This document shows positions 9,083 to 18,424 of a DNA stretch of 32,000 nucleotides, piece after piece (positions within the stretch are counted from its first letter, which is position 1; every line of letters begins with the position of its first letter). Below the pieces are notes generated by a model. It saw only the letters and a list, made by a program, of their open reading frames with translations. It had not been told where the DNA came from and ran no database searches. The stretch comes from Vibrio alginolyticus NBRC 15630 = ATCC 17749 (GTDB lineage Bacteria; Pseudomonadota; Gammaproteobacteria; Enterobacterales; Vibrionaceae): the NCBI RefSeq assembly GCF_000354175.2, contig NC_022349.1, forward strand, positions 1,800,001 to 1,832,000, given 5' to 3'. Position numbers and translations under genes: made by a program.

Positions 9083-9229
9083 ACCTTTCCTCTCACTCTT
9101 GATCAAACGCCTCCCGTTAAATTAGCCTATCTAATGTAAGATTAAAATCATTAATTATACTTATTTAGATAAACGCTTTATCTTTCCCTTTTCTGTAAAT
9201 GTATTTGTTATTTTGAAGTGAGGTGAAGT

Positions 9230-9859
9230 GTGAGCTTGTGGGTTCTATTGCAAGGTTTTGGTTTAGGAGCATCAATGATCATTCCGATCGGCGCGCAAAA
9301 TGCGTATGTTTTGAATCAAGGCATAAAGCGTAACCACCACCTAACAACCGCCACTATTTGTAGCGTGCTAGATATGATTTTCATCTCTCTAGGTATTTTT
9401 GGTGGTGGTGCAATTCTGTCTCAAAATGAAATCTTACTGACGTCGGTGACACTTGGTGGTATTGCTTTCTTGAGCTTCTATGGACTGCTCTCGCTAAAAA
9501 GTGTTTTTAAGCCAGAGAGTGAATCGGAATCAAAAGGGGAGATCGTAGCTCGAGGTCGTCGAACGGTTATTCTAGGTGCGTTAGCCGTCACTGTGCTTAA
9601 TCCGCACTTATATTTAGATACAGTCGTTATTCTAGGTTCGATCGGTGGACAATTTGAAGGCCATGATCGCATTGCTTTTGCACTAGGTACGATTATGGCT
9701 TCCTTTGTTTGGTTCTACACTTTATCGATAGGAGCCGCCAAACTAGGTCCAACACTCTCTAAACCAAAAGTGAAAAAAACCATCGACATTGCAATCGCAA
9801 TGATGATGTTCACAATAGCGTATATCTTAGCGAGTGAGCTTATTGATAAGTATTGGTAA
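9230..9859 (+). CDS. argO: LysE-family arginine exporter ArgO
   Basis: 209 aa with a GTG start after a GAGGTGAAG SD. Matches E. coli ArgO as recalled: QG..LGA.MI.P.GAQNA.V.NQGI.R, LNPH.YLDT.V.LGS.GGQ. It is divergent from argP. Confidence 0.85.
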   Translation: MSLWVLLQGFGLGASMIIPIGAQNAYVLNQGIKRNHHLTTATICSVLDMIFISLGIFGGGAILSQNEILLTSVTLGGIAFLSFYGLLSLKSVFKPESESESKGEIVARGRRTVILGALAVTVLNPHLYLDTVVILGSIGGQFEGHDRIAFALGTIMASFVWFYTLSIGAAKLGPTLSKPKVKKTIDIAIAMMMFTIAYILASELIDKYW

Positions 9860-9885
9860 TCATAAGGTAGTAAGGCAGCAAAGAC

Positions 9886-10368
9886 ATGGAGTCACTAAAA
9901 CGTATTTATAACAACAATAGAGAGCGATTCAACGCGCTCTCTATTCCTTTTCGTGAATGGCAGCACGAAGCCATCTTAGACTTTGAGACAGATATACGCA
10001 TTGCGAGAGAGCTTGGTTGGACGGGTACGCATACCAAAAGCCTCTTTTTAACACTCAAAGGACAAGGTTACGCAGTTTATCTGACAGATAAGGACTCGCG
10101 CCTCGATGCCAAGCAGATTAAAGCGATTACAGGTAAACGTCCCTCTATTTGTAATGACGATGAAATGGTCGAAGTGTTAGGTTGCGTACCCGGCGCGGTT
10201 TGCCCAATAGGCTTACCGGAATACATCACTATCATTGTTGATACCAATCTCTATCAACATCAAGAGTTGCTCTATACGCCTGGCTTACCTGAGTTCACAT
10301 TTGGATTTGCAGGTAAACATCTAAAACGCCTCTTACTTGCTGGTCATCACACCCTTTACGAAGTATAA
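9886..10368 (+). CDS. YbaK/ProX-type aminoacyl-tRNA trans-editing domain protein (substrate unknown)
   Basis: 160 aa. It has the conserved-Lys segment HTKSLFL and a GAVCPIG segment typical of the YbaK/INS editing fold. It starts 26 nt after the argO stop with no intervening terminator, and a strong terminator follows it. Confidence 0.65.
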   Translation: MESLKRIYNNNRERFNALSIPFREWQHEAILDFETDIRIARELGWTGTHTKSLFLTLKGQGYAVYLTDKDSRLDAKQIKAITGKRPSICNDDEMVEVLGCVPGAVCPIGLPEYITIIVDTNLYQHQELLYTPGLPEFTFGFAGKHLKRLLLAGHHTLYEV

Positions 10369-10397
10369 AAAAGCGAGGCCTATTGGCCTCGCTTTTG
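10367..10397. terminator. bidirectional terminator between the YbaK-like gene and mscS
   Basis: aaaaAGCGAGGCCtattGGCCTCGCTtttg. Confidence 0.8.
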
Positions 10398-10415
10398 AAT
10401 ATCGACTGCTTTTGA

Positions 10416-11282
10416 TTAAGCGTCGACTTTGTTCAGGTGAACATCCATTTGTGGGAATGGAATCTCGATACCATTTTCATCCAATGCTTCTTTAATACCT
10501 TGCATTGCATCAAAGTATACGCCCCAGTAATCTGCAGTTTTCACCCATGGACGAACCACAAAGTTAACTGAAGAGTCTGCTAACGTAAGTACACCAATTG
10601 TGATATCTGGGTCTTTCAAGATACGTGGATCTTTCTCTAGCGTCTCACGAATCACTTTCTTCGTTAGTTTAAGGTCTGCTTTGTATGAAACACCAATCAC
10701 TAGGTCGACACGTCGTGTCGCATGGCGAGAGTAGTTAGTAATGGCACCGCCGATAACTGAAGAGTTAGGCACAACAACCATTTTGTTGTCTGGTGTTTTT
10801 AGAACTGTTTGGAAGATTTGAATTGCTTCAACACTACCCGCTACACCACCGATTTCTACGTAGTCGCCTGATTTGAATGGACGGAACGCAACAATAAGTA
10901 CGCCTGCTGCAAAGTTTGATAGTGAACCTTGTAGTGCAAGACCAACAGCAAGACCTGCCGCACCAATCACAGCAACAACAGAAGCGGTTTGAACTCCTAA
11001 TCGACCAAGAGCCGCGATTAGCACGATTACAAATAGCAAGTAACGAACAAGACCGTGAATAAATTCAACGACGGCCTTATCCATGTTTTTCTTTTCTAGT
11101 ACTTTAGAAACACTACCAGCGACTGCCTTAACGATAAGATTACCGATAAACAGAATAAGCAGCGCAGAGATAATGTTCACACCGTACTGAACCAGTAGAT
11201 CTGAATTGTTTGTCAGCCAAGTTTCAGCCTGAGTTAGACCATCAGTTAAAGTGGTATCGATACCCACCGATTCACCTGCCAT
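10416..11282 (-). CDS. mscS: small-conductance mechanosensitive channel MscS
   Basis: Matches E. coli MscS as recalled: GRLGVQTASV.AV.GAAGLAVGLALQGSLSN.AAGVL.V.FRPF..G.YV..GGVAG.V. The ORF-track start is a TTG. The ATG at 11282 (MAGES...) gives 288 aa. Confidence 0.9.
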   Translation of the reverse strand: MAGESVGIDTTLTDGLTQAETWLTNNSDLLVQYGVNIISALLILFIGNLIVKAVAGSVSKVLEKKNMDKAVVEFIHGLVRYLLFVIVLIAALGRLGVQTASVVAVIGAAGLAVGLALQGSLSNFAAGVLIVAFRPFKSGDYVEIGGVAGSVEAIQIFQTVLKTPDNKMVVVPNSSVIGGAITNYSRHATRRVDLVIGVSYKADLKLTKKVIRETLEKDPRILKDPDITIGVLTLADSSVNFVVRPWVKTADYWGVYFDAMQGIKEALDENGIEIPFPQMDVHLNKVDA

Positions 11283-11656
11283 AATTCTTATCCTCAAAAA
11301 TAAAGAGATATAAATCCAATTGCCGTTAATTTATGAACCTTGTTTTTTAAAGGCTCTTTTCTAAAACAACATCCCTATTGCTCCACTGAACAGTGTCAGA
11401 TTTTTGGCACAATATCCCAACTCTGACTTTTTTCAAAGTCAGAGTTTCGCAAAGATATGCAAAACAAGACTTTATCAGAGCTTTCTGACACTGACTTGTT
11501 ACAGGTTACGCAATGCACTCTGATTTCGCCACTCTTAAGACTGATATTCCCATGTTTTCTTTAAAAAAACGTTAAAGGTGAGATATCTAACTAGCAAATA
11601 CAACCTAACGCATAAAAATATCGGGAGAAAGCAGAGGGGAAGAAAATGATAGATAT

Positions 11657-11686
11657 AAAAAAAACCCGCTCAAAGAGCGGGTTTTT
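11657..11686 (-). terminator. rho-independent terminator of fbaA
   Basis: On the minus strand: AACCCGCTCtttGAGCGGGTTTTTTTT. Confidence 0.8.
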
Positions 11687-11707
11687 AAGTAACTTAATCA
11701 GTAACGA

Positions 11708-12784
11708 TTATAGTACGTCAACTGCGTTAAGGTCAGCAAATGCTTGCTCTAGACGAGTAACCATTGAAGCTTGGCCTGCACGTAGCCATACGCGTGGATC
11801 GTAGTACTTCTTGTTTGGTGCATCTTCACCAGTTGGGTTACCGATCTGACCTTGTAGGTAATCGTGGTTTTCAGCTTCGAACTTACGGATACCATCCCAA
11901 GTAGCCCACTGTGTATCAGTATCGATGTTCATTTTGATTACACCGTAGCCGATAGATTCACGGATTTCTTCTAGAGAAGAACCTGAACCACCGTGGAATA
12001 CGAAGTTTAGAGAGTTCGCTGGAAGACCGAATTTCTCAGAAACGTGCGCTTGAGAATCACGTAGGATAGTTGGAGTTAGTACAACGTTACCTGGCTTGTA
12101 TACGCCGTGTACGTTACCGAAAGATGCTGCGATAGTGAAACGGTGGCTGATTGCGCTTAGTTTCTCGTATGCGTATGCAACGTCTTCTGGAGAAGTGTAT
12201 AGCTCAGACGCATCCATATCAGAGTTGTCAACGCCGTCTTCTTCACCACCAGTACAACCTAGTTCGATTTCTAGAGTCATGTTCATTTTAGCCATGCGCT
12301 CTAGGTACTTAGCAGAAATTTCGATGTTCTCTTCTAGAGACTCTTCAGAAAGGTCGATCATGTGAGAAGAGAATAGTGGCTTACCAGTTTGCGCGAAGTA
12401 CTCTTCACCAGCGTCTAGTAGACCGTCGATCCAAGGAAGTAGTTTCTTAGCTGCGTGGTCAGTGTGTAGGATTACTGGAACACCGTAAGCTTCAGCTACA
12501 GCGTGAACGTATTTCGCACCAGCAACAGCACCTAGGATTTGAGCTTCTTGACCTTCAAGTTTTAGACCTTTACCAGCAAAGAAAGCAGCGCCACCGTTAG
12601 AGAACTGAACGATAACTGGAGCTTTAACTTTTGCAGCTGCTTCAAGTACTGCGTTTACAGAGTCAGTACCCACACAGTTTACTGCTGGAAGTGCAAAGCT
12701 GTTTTCTTTTGCAACTTCAAATACTTTCTGAACGTCATCGCCAGAGATAACACCTGGTTTTACGAAGTCGAAGATCTTAGACAT
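11708..12784 (-). CDS. fbaA: class II fructose-1,6-bisphosphate aldolase
   Basis: 358 aa. MSKIFDFVKPGV..GDDV... is near-identical in pattern to E. coli FbaA. Codon bias is strong, typical of a highly expressed gene. Confidence 0.95.
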   Translation of the reverse strand: MSKIFDFVKPGVISGDDVQKVFEVAKENSFALPAVNCVGTDSVNAVLEAAAKVKAPVIVQFSNGGAAFFAGKGLKLEGQEAQILGAVAGAKYVHAVAEAYGVPVILHTDHAAKKLLPWIDGLLDAGEEYFAQTGKPLFSSHMIDLSEESLEENIEISAKYLERMAKMNMTLEIELGCTGGEEDGVDNSDMDASELYTSPEDVAYAYEKLSAISHRFTIAASFGNVHGVYKPGNVVLTPTILRDSQAHVSEKFGLPANSLNFVFHGGSGSSLEEIRESIGYGVIKMNIDTDTQWATWDGIRKFEAENHDYLQGQIGNPTGEDAPNKKYYDPRVWLRAGQASMVTRLEQAFADLNAVDVL

Positions 12785-12839
12785 GGATGTAATCCTATTT
12801 ATCTGTCGTTTTTAAACAAAACTTGTTAAGTTGAAAATC

Positions 12840-12855
12840 TTGCAAACGTTTGCTC
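12840..12855. promoter_or_regulatory. PurR-type operator with a perfect 12-bp palindrome GCAAACGTTTGC upstream of fbaA
   Basis: TTGCAAACGTTTGCTC, 56-71 nt upstream of the fbaA ATG. It lies 12-27 nt downstream of a minus-strand TAGAAT -10 candidate (12868-12873). Confidence 0.45.
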
Positions 12856-12904
12856 ACAACTGAGGCTATTCTAGCAGAGTTCCTCACACGTTGCAGCAAA
12901 CAAG

Positions 12905-12931
12905 AAAGCGGGAGAATCACTCCCCCGCTTT
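12905..12931 (-). terminator. intercistronic hairpin / partial terminator after pgk
   Basis: AAAGCGGG...CCCGCTTT, an 8-bp stem just 3' of the pgk stop. It is followed on the minus strand by only a weak U-rich tract. Confidence 0.45.
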
Positions 12932-12938
12932 GCTTTAA

Positions 12939-14099
12939 TTACTTAGCGCGTGCTTCTAGCATTTCTACTGCTGGAAGAACTTTACCTTCTACGAACTCAA
13001 GGAAAGCGCCGCCGCCAGTAGAGATGTAAGATACATCCGCTTTGATACCGAACTTGTCGATAGCCGCTAGCGTGTCACCACCACCAGCAACAGAGAAGCC
13101 TTCAGAAGCTGCGATAGCTTCAGAGATACCTTTAGTACCTGCTTCGAAGTTCTTGAATTCGAATACGCCTACTGGACCATTCCATAGGATAGTCTTAGCG
13201 TTTTTAAGGATTTCAGCTAGTTCAGCTGTTGAATCTGGACCAAGGTCGAAGATCATGTCGTCGTCTTGTACTTCAGAAACGTGCTTAATTTCAGCTTCTG
13301 CGTTCTCGTCGAATGCTTTCGCACATGCAACGTCAGTTGCTACTGGAATTGCACACTCGTCCATTAGCTTCTTAGCTGTTTCAACTAGGTCTGCTTCGTA
13401 TAGAGACTTACCAACGTTGTGGCCAGCAGCTGCGATGAATGTGTTAGCAATACCACCACCAACAACGAGTTGGTCAGCGATTTTAGATAGAGACTCAAGA
13501 ACCGTTAGCTTAGTAGAAACTTTTGAACCACCTACGATAGCAACCATTGGACGAGCTGGCTTGTCCATTGCTTTGCCTAGCGCTTCTAGTTCGTTCGCTA
13601 GTAGAGGACCAGCACATGCTACGTCTGCGTGCATACCAACGCCGTGAGTAGATGCTTGAGCACGGTGAGCCGTACCGAATGCGTCCATTACGAATACGTC
13701 ACATAGTGCTGCGTATTTCTTAGATAGCTCTTCGTCGTTTTTCTTTTCGCCTTTGTTGAAGCGAACGTTTTCAAGAACAACAAGTTCACCCGCATTTAGC
13801 TCTAGGCCATCTAGGTAGTCTTTTGCTAGCTTCACTTCGCAATCTAGTGCGTCGTTTAGGTAGTTAACAACTGGTTGTAGAGAGAACTCTTCAGCGTATT
13901 CACCTTCAGTTGGGCGACCTAGGTGAGACGTAACCATTACTTTAGCGCCTGCTTCTAGGCAGTGCTTAATAGTTGGAAGAGATGCGATGATACGTGCATC
14001 CGAAGTTACTTTACCGTCTTTTACTGGCACGTTTAGGTCAGCACGGATAAATACACGTTTACCTGCAAGATCCAGGTCAGTCATCTTGATTACAGACAT
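12939..14099 (-). CDS. pgk: phosphoglycerate kinase
   Basis: From the ATG at 14099 the protein begins [37 protein letters not shown], identical to the E. coli Pgk N-terminus as I recall it. A GAGAGGA SD lies upstream. The 5-codon ORF-track extension is rejected. Confidence 0.95.
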   Translation of the reverse strand: MSVIKMTDLDLAGKRVFIRADLNVPVKDGKVTSDARIIASLPTIKHCLEAGAKVMVTSHLGRPTEGEYAEEFSLQPVVNYLNDALDCEVKLAKDYLDGLELNAGELVVLENVRFNKGEKKNDEELSKKYAALCDVFVMDAFGTAHRAQASTHGVGMHADVACAGPLLANELEALGKAMDKPARPMVAIVGGSKVSTKLTVLESLSKIADQLVVGGGIANTFIAAAGHNVGKSLYEADLVETAKKLMDECAIPVATDVACAKAFDENAEAEIKHVSEVQDDDMIFDLGPDSTAELAEILKNAKTILWNGPVGVFEFKNFEAGTKGISEAIAASEGFSVAGGGDTLAAIDKFGIKADVSYISTGGGAFLEFVEGKVLPAVEMLEARAK

Positions 14100-14250
14100 G
14101 ATGTGTCCTCTCAAATATTTAATAATTAAAGTTTTTGAAAACTCGGCAACCCTGCCAAGCCTGTTAATTCTTCAAACTGGTTATAGATATGGAGATATTA
14201 TGGATTTATTTCAAGGCTAGAAATAAAAATTCTCCATCACTTCTTCGTCA

Positions 14251-15288
14251 TTACTGTTCCACTTGCGAAGAAGCTTGCATTGCTAAGGCAGTATCCAGCA
14301 TCCGGTTAGCAAAGCCCCATTCGTTGTCGCACCAAACGAGCATTTTTACGAGTTGCCCGTTACTCACTCTAGTCTGGCTTCCATCCACAATCGCACTATG
14401 GGGGTCGTGGTTAAAGTCGATGGAAACGAGTGGCGATTCAGTATAGTCAACAATGTTACGTAATGTACACTGAGATGCGTTAACAATGGTTTGATTTACG
14501 TCATTAACTTTCACATTTGTACTAATTGTGACACTTAAATCCATTGCAGTGACGTTAACCGTTGGAACACGAACAGAAATTGCTTCGAATTTGTTGGAAA
14601 ATTTCGGGAAGATCCTTTCAATCCCCTTATGCAACTTAGTGTCCACCGGAATAATAGATTGGCTTGCAGCACGGGTACGGCGTAAGTCGTTATGATACGC
14701 ATCAATTACTTGTTGATCGTTCATGGACGAATGAATTGTGGTAATGGTGCCAGACTCTATGCCGAAGGCTTCGTCTAGTACTTTAATGATGGGAACGATA
14801 CAGTTGGTGGTGCAAGAGCCATTGGAGACAACACGGTGCTCGTCTTTCAGAGTTTCGTGGTTCACGCCATAGATAATCGTATTATCTAGGTCGTTTGCGC
14901 CCGGGTGCGAAAACAGTACTTTCTTCGCGCCAGCTTCTATATGCGCTTGCCCATCCGCTTGCGAACCAAATACGCCAGTGCAATCCAAGACGATATCAAC
15001 TTCTAAATCACGCCAAGGAAGTAATTCGATTTCGGAGAGATGGAGAATGCGAATGGAATCATATTCACCGCTGTCATGATGAACATGCAAATGTTCTTGG
15101 TCATGGGAAATTTTTTTACCAAAGCGACCATGACTGGTGTCATATTGCAGTAGGTGTGCCATCGCCTCTGGCTGTGCTAGTTCGTTTACCGCCACAACCT
15201 TGATCTGCTGGTGTTTTCCGCTTTCATACACCGCTCGCAGAACATTACGACCTATACGTCCAAATCCATTGATCGCAACCTTTAGCAT
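14251..15288 (-). CDS. epd: D-erythrose-4-phosphate dehydrogenase
   Basis: 345 aa. Epd (GapB) signatures seen: [60 protein letters not shown]. It is in the epd-pgk-fbaA order. Confidence 0.9.
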   Translation of the reverse strand: MLKVAINGFGRIGRNVLRAVYESGKHQQIKVVAVNELAQPEAMAHLLQYDTSHGRFGKKISHDQEHLHVHHDSGEYDSIRILHLSEIELLPWRDLEVDIVLDCTGVFGSQADGQAHIEAGAKKVLFSHPGANDLDNTIIYGVNHETLKDEHRVVSNGSCTTNCIVPIIKVLDEAFGIESGTITTIHSSMNDQQVIDAYHNDLRRTRAASQSIIPVDTKLHKGIERIFPKFSNKFEAISVRVPTVNVTAMDLSVTISTNVKVNDVNQTIVNASQCTLRNIVDYTESPLVSIDFNHDPHSAIVDGSQTRVSNGQLVKMLVWCDNEWGFANRMLDTALAMQASSQVEQ

Positions 15289-15378
15289 TTATCCTTCGCC
15301 CTACCAAAAATTTCGTGTCACAGATACTACCTGATCAGGCTGACAAACGCACCTGTTGAATCAAAGTAAAGCAGGATT

Positions 15379-15405
15379 AAAAAAAGGTCGAGACTATGCT
15401 CGACC
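15379..15405 (-). terminator. rho-independent terminator of irgA
   Basis: On the minus strand: GGTCGAGcatagtCTCGACCttttttt. Confidence 0.75.
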
Positions 15406-15424
15406 TTATTACAACGATAGATAA

Positions 15425-17383
15425 TTAAAATGCGACGTCTAAACCTAACCAGTAGCGACGACCATCTTCAATATATCCGTATTCTTCGTAACTGATTTCC
15501 TCGTCCAGCAAGTTATAGATAGCGCCTTTAATACGAGTATTGTCGGTTAACTGGTATGTCACACCGGCGTCCACAAAGGTATAAGCTGGTTCTACAATAC
15601 TGTTTCTTGATGGGCCAGTAACCGGATCCATTTCTTTACCTCGGTACGTGACTTTCGCCCAGCTCTCTAGATCTGTTGTCGTTTGCCAAGTCACATCCAC
15701 ATTAAACAGATGCTTTGGTAACTGCTGCAGCGGCATGCCTTTGTATTCACCTGTTTTTTGCTCTGAGTCGGTAAATGTGTAGCTCGAGCTAAGGTAAATG
15801 GTTTCCGTTAACGGCGATGCTAAGGTCGCTTCAATACCTTGTGTGACGGCTTCATCCACGTTAATACGGTACGTTGGATCTGCGCCCCATTGGTTTGGAC
15901 CATCAGTACAGATAGTGTCTGGACAAACAACACGTGTGATCTTGTCTTTGAATTCGTTATGGAACGCTGTCAAAGAGACATCTAAGCCAGAATCACCTTG
16001 ATACAAGACGCTGATTTCTTTGTTTAGCGACGTTTCAGGGTCAAGATCTGGGTTACCGTAGATATTACCGCCACCACTGACTTGCGCCCAGCCAGGAGTA
16101 ATTTCACGTAATTGTGGAGAACGGAAACCTGTTGCCACACCGCCTTTCACCGTCCAAGACGGATCAACTCGCCATACACCGTAAACACGCGGACTAAAAT
16201 GCGCGCCATAGTTTTCGTCATGATCTAGACGGCCGCCAAGCGTAACGCTAAACGGATCAGCGATTTTCCATTCATCTTCAATGAAAATAGCCCACTGCGT
16301 ATTCGATGTTTCAGTCTTCGATGACGCTTTGTTGGAGGTGAAATCCTCAAGCTCTGCATGAGTGGCGTCCACACCCGTCGTCAACGTATGGTTTCCGATA
16401 CCAGTCACCAAGCTCGATTTGAACGTGGTGTTGGTGATCGTCATCTCACGAGATTTGTTCTCGCTCTCTTCTCGCTGTAAGTAAGTATCTGAAATGCCAA
16501 TCGAATCCCAATCACCGTTGTGGCTTACCGTTACGTAATTACGACGATATTCATTCAGTGAGTCTTCACACCCACCACGACACCCAGTGGTCGGCACTGA
16601 AAGGCCCACATTACCACGACGACTTTGTGCCGACGTGCCACCTTCTAATTGCACCGAGTGGCGATCATTAATCTGGTAAGTCAGTTTTGAAGAGATACTC
16701 TGCATATCTTTATCTTCATAACCGTATTCGATGTCATCTTCTTCTCTGGTTGTGTACTGACCATATACTTGGAGAGATAAATTTTCAGCCAACGGACCAT
16801 TAACGAAAAAGTTCGCGCTCTGCTCTCCACCTGAACGGCTATTCTCTTGTAGTACCGTGCCCAGTTGAACATTACCCGTCCACTCTAACGCATCTTTTCG
16901 TGTGATGACGTTAATCACACCACCAATCGCATCAGAACCGTAAAGCGTCGACATTGGGCCGCGAATAACTTCGATTCGCTCAATCGCTTGAAGAGGAGGT
17001 AACCAACCTTGTTCGATACCGGGGCCGTCGCTATTTGGACGAGTTTCACGCGTGCTTTGACGTTTACCATCGACCAGTATCAAAGTGTATTTAGAACCCA
17101 TACCACGGATACTAATGTCGGTAGTATCACCACCACCTGTCACGACAACACCTGGCACACTTTTTAGTGCATCAGTCACATCGCGGTAATAACGGGAGTC
17201 CAACTCCTCACGTGAAATAACACTAATACTTGCAGGCGCGTCCGCTTGAGATTGCTCGTAGCTTGATGCAGTTACAACCACTGTTTCCATTTTAGAAACT
17301 GCATCATTGGCAAAAACATGAGGGACACTGACGAAGGCTAAAATACCAGTTGCGGTAATAACTGGCAGTCTAAGAGTAGACAT
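15425..17383 (-). CDS. irgA: TonB-dependent outer-membrane siderophore (catecholate/enterobactin-type) receptor, IrgA-like
   Basis: 652 aa with a signal peptide ending VFA. It has a TonB-box-like ETVVVTA and plug motifs DISIRGMG, LILVDGKR and IERIEVIRGPMSTLYGSDAIGGVINVITR. The C-terminal F is typical of a beta-barrel. A divergent LysR gene and a Fur box match the V. cholerae irgA/irgB arrangement between epd and tkt, as I recall it. Confidence 0.8.
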   Translation of the reverse strand: MSTLRLPVITATGILAFVSVPHVFANDAVSKMETVVVTASSYEQSQADAPASISVISREELDSRYYRDVTDALKSVPGVVVTGGGDTTDISIRGMGSKYTLILVDGKRQSTRETRPNSDGPGIEQGWLPPLQAIERIEVIRGPMSTLYGSDAIGGVINVITRKDALEWTGNVQLGTVLQENSRSGGEQSANFFVNGPLAENLSLQVYGQYTTREEDDIEYGYEDKDMQSISSKLTYQINDRHSVQLEGGTSAQSRRGNVGLSVPTTGCRGGCEDSLNEYRRNYVTVSHNGDWDSIGISDTYLQREESENKSREMTITNTTFKSSLVTGIGNHTLTTGVDATHAELEDFTSNKASSKTETSNTQWAIFIEDEWKIADPFSVTLGGRLDHDENYGAHFSPRVYGVWRVDPSWTVKGGVATGFRSPQLREITPGWAQVSGGGNIYGNPDLDPETSLNKEISVLYQGDSGLDVSLTAFHNEFKDKITRVVCPDTICTDGPNQWGADPTYRINVDEAVTQGIEATLASPLTETIYLSSSYTFTDSEQKTGEYKGMPLQQLPKHLFNVDVTWQTTTDLESWAKVTYRGKEMDPVTGPSRNSIVEPAYTFVDAGVTYQLTDNTRIKGAIYNLLDEEISYEEYGYIEDGRRYWLGLDVAF

Positions 17384-17399
17384 CTACATCTCCATAATT

Positions 17400-17418
17400 G
17401 ATAATGATTATTATTTTC
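17400..17418. promoter_or_regulatory. Fur box in the irgA/irgB divergent promoter
   Basis: GATAATGATTATTATTTTC matches the 19-bp Fur consensus GATAATGATAATCATTATC at 16/19 positions. It lies 17-35 nt upstream of the irgA ATG and overlaps a candidate irgA -10 (TAATAA, minus strand). Confidence 0.75.
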
Positions 17419-17523
17419 GGAAGTGAATTATTCACAAATAGAATGAGATGCATAGTGAGAGTTATGGAACGGTTCTTTCCATTTATGGAACTCGTACATA
17501 ACGCAGTAAGGAGTAAAAGAAAT

Positions 17524-18417
17524 ATGCACGACTTAGCATCAATTAGAGCCTTTGATGCGCTCAATCAGCATAAAAGTTTGACAGCCGCTGCTAAAGCCCT
17601 TAATCAGCCAAAATCAACGCTAAGTCGTCGCTTGGCACAATTAGAAGAAGACTTCGGTCAGGCTCTAACCGCCAGACAAGGTAATCGATTAGTTCTGACA
17701 AGAGCTGGAGAAATCTTTGCCCACTACAGCCGCCAGATTCTTGAGTTAAGCGAAGAGAGTTATGATGCACTGCAAGGTTTAACGAACCAAGTTTCAGGGC
17801 CACTGCATATTGTTTGTCACACTGCCTTAGTTAGAAGCTGGCTCGGTGGCGTACTCAATCGTTTTCTTGCTGATAATCCCGATGTTAGAGTTCAACTTAC
17901 CAGTGACTTTTCTGAGGCGCATCATGACCCAGATTTGTTCATCTGGCTCGGTGAACGTAAAGAGCTAGACTGGCGAAAAGAAGTGCTGGGGGTATTTCGC
18001 TATACGCCTTTTGCCTCTCCAAATTATCTAAAACAACATGGGCCTATACCGCACCCCAAAGAACTTGAAGCACATCCATGGATCGATTTTGGTTCAGTGC
18101 AAGAAAATGGATTGATGCTAGCACACCCTCAACACGGTGAGTTCTTTTTAGAGCCCTTTGTTAGTCGCTTATACAGCGACAACATAGCAATGCAAATAGA
18201 CAGTATCGCGAATGGTCATGGTATTGGACTGCTGCCGACTTGGACAGCATGCGGCTATGAGAAACATCACCCAGGGCGAATCACACCTTGCTTAGAAGGT
18301 TGGCTTTCTGAGCCTATTTCCATTAACTGCTATACACCAGCAGGACGACCACCACTGCGCTTATCCGTACTTTTAGACTGCATTCACCAAAGCATTCCAC
18401 AAGGTTGGAAAACCTGA
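17524..18417 (+). CDS. irgB: LysR-family transcriptional activator IrgB-like
   Basis: A typical LysR N-terminus starts at M43 of the track ORF (MHDLASIRAFDALNQHKSLTAAAKALNQPKSTLSRRLAQLE). An AAGGAG SD lies about 11 nt upstream. The gene is 297 aa and divergent from irgA. Confidence 0.75.
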   Translation: MHDLASIRAFDALNQHKSLTAAAKALNQPKSTLSRRLAQLEEDFGQALTARQGNRLVLTRAGEIFAHYSRQILELSEESYDALQGLTNQVSGPLHIVCHTALVRSWLGGVLNRFLADNPDVRVQLTSDFSEAHHDPDLFIWLGERKELDWRKEVLGVFRYTPFASPNYLKQHGPIPHPKELEAHPWIDFGSVQENGLMLAHPQHGEFFLEPFVSRLYSDNIAMQIDSIANGHGIGLLPTWTACGYEKHHPGRITPCLEGWLSEPISINCYTPAGRPPLRLSVLLDCIHQSIPQGWKT

Positions 18418-18424
18418 CAAAAAT

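Noticed and set aside
11563-11578. AAAAAAACGTTAAAGG as a sixth PurR-like box
   Set aside because: Only the ACGTT core matches. The flanks are A/T runs, so it is indistinguishable from background.
13042-13647. 201-aa plus-strand ORF antisense to pgk, and similar antisense ORFs inside ubiI, ubiH, ygfB, serA, fbaA, epd, irgA, tktA, metK, rsmE, gshB, ruvX, pilU and pilT
   Set aside because: Each is fully embedded opposite a strongly supported gene. Their compositions are Ser/Ala/Pro/Arg-rich, typical of antisense frames, and none has an SD or independent signals.
14189-14238. Imperfect hairpin ATGGAGA...TCTCCAT between epd and pgk as a terminator
   Set aside because: It is AT-rich and interrupted and has no U-tract on the minus strand. 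epd-pgk are expected to be co-transcribed. It may be a pgk promoter region instead.
17423-17435. GTGAATTATTCAC palindrome as a second Fur box
   Set aside because: It aligns poorly to the 19-bp Fur consensus. It may be an IrgB or other site, but I cannot support a call.
17370-17564. A 64-aa minus-strand ORF and the 42-codon N-terminal extension of irgB (17398-17523)
   Set aside because: Both lie in the AT-rich Fur-regulated promoter region. The LysR HTH begins at the ATG at 17524, which has a good SD. The extension sequence (MIMIIIFG...) is low complexity.
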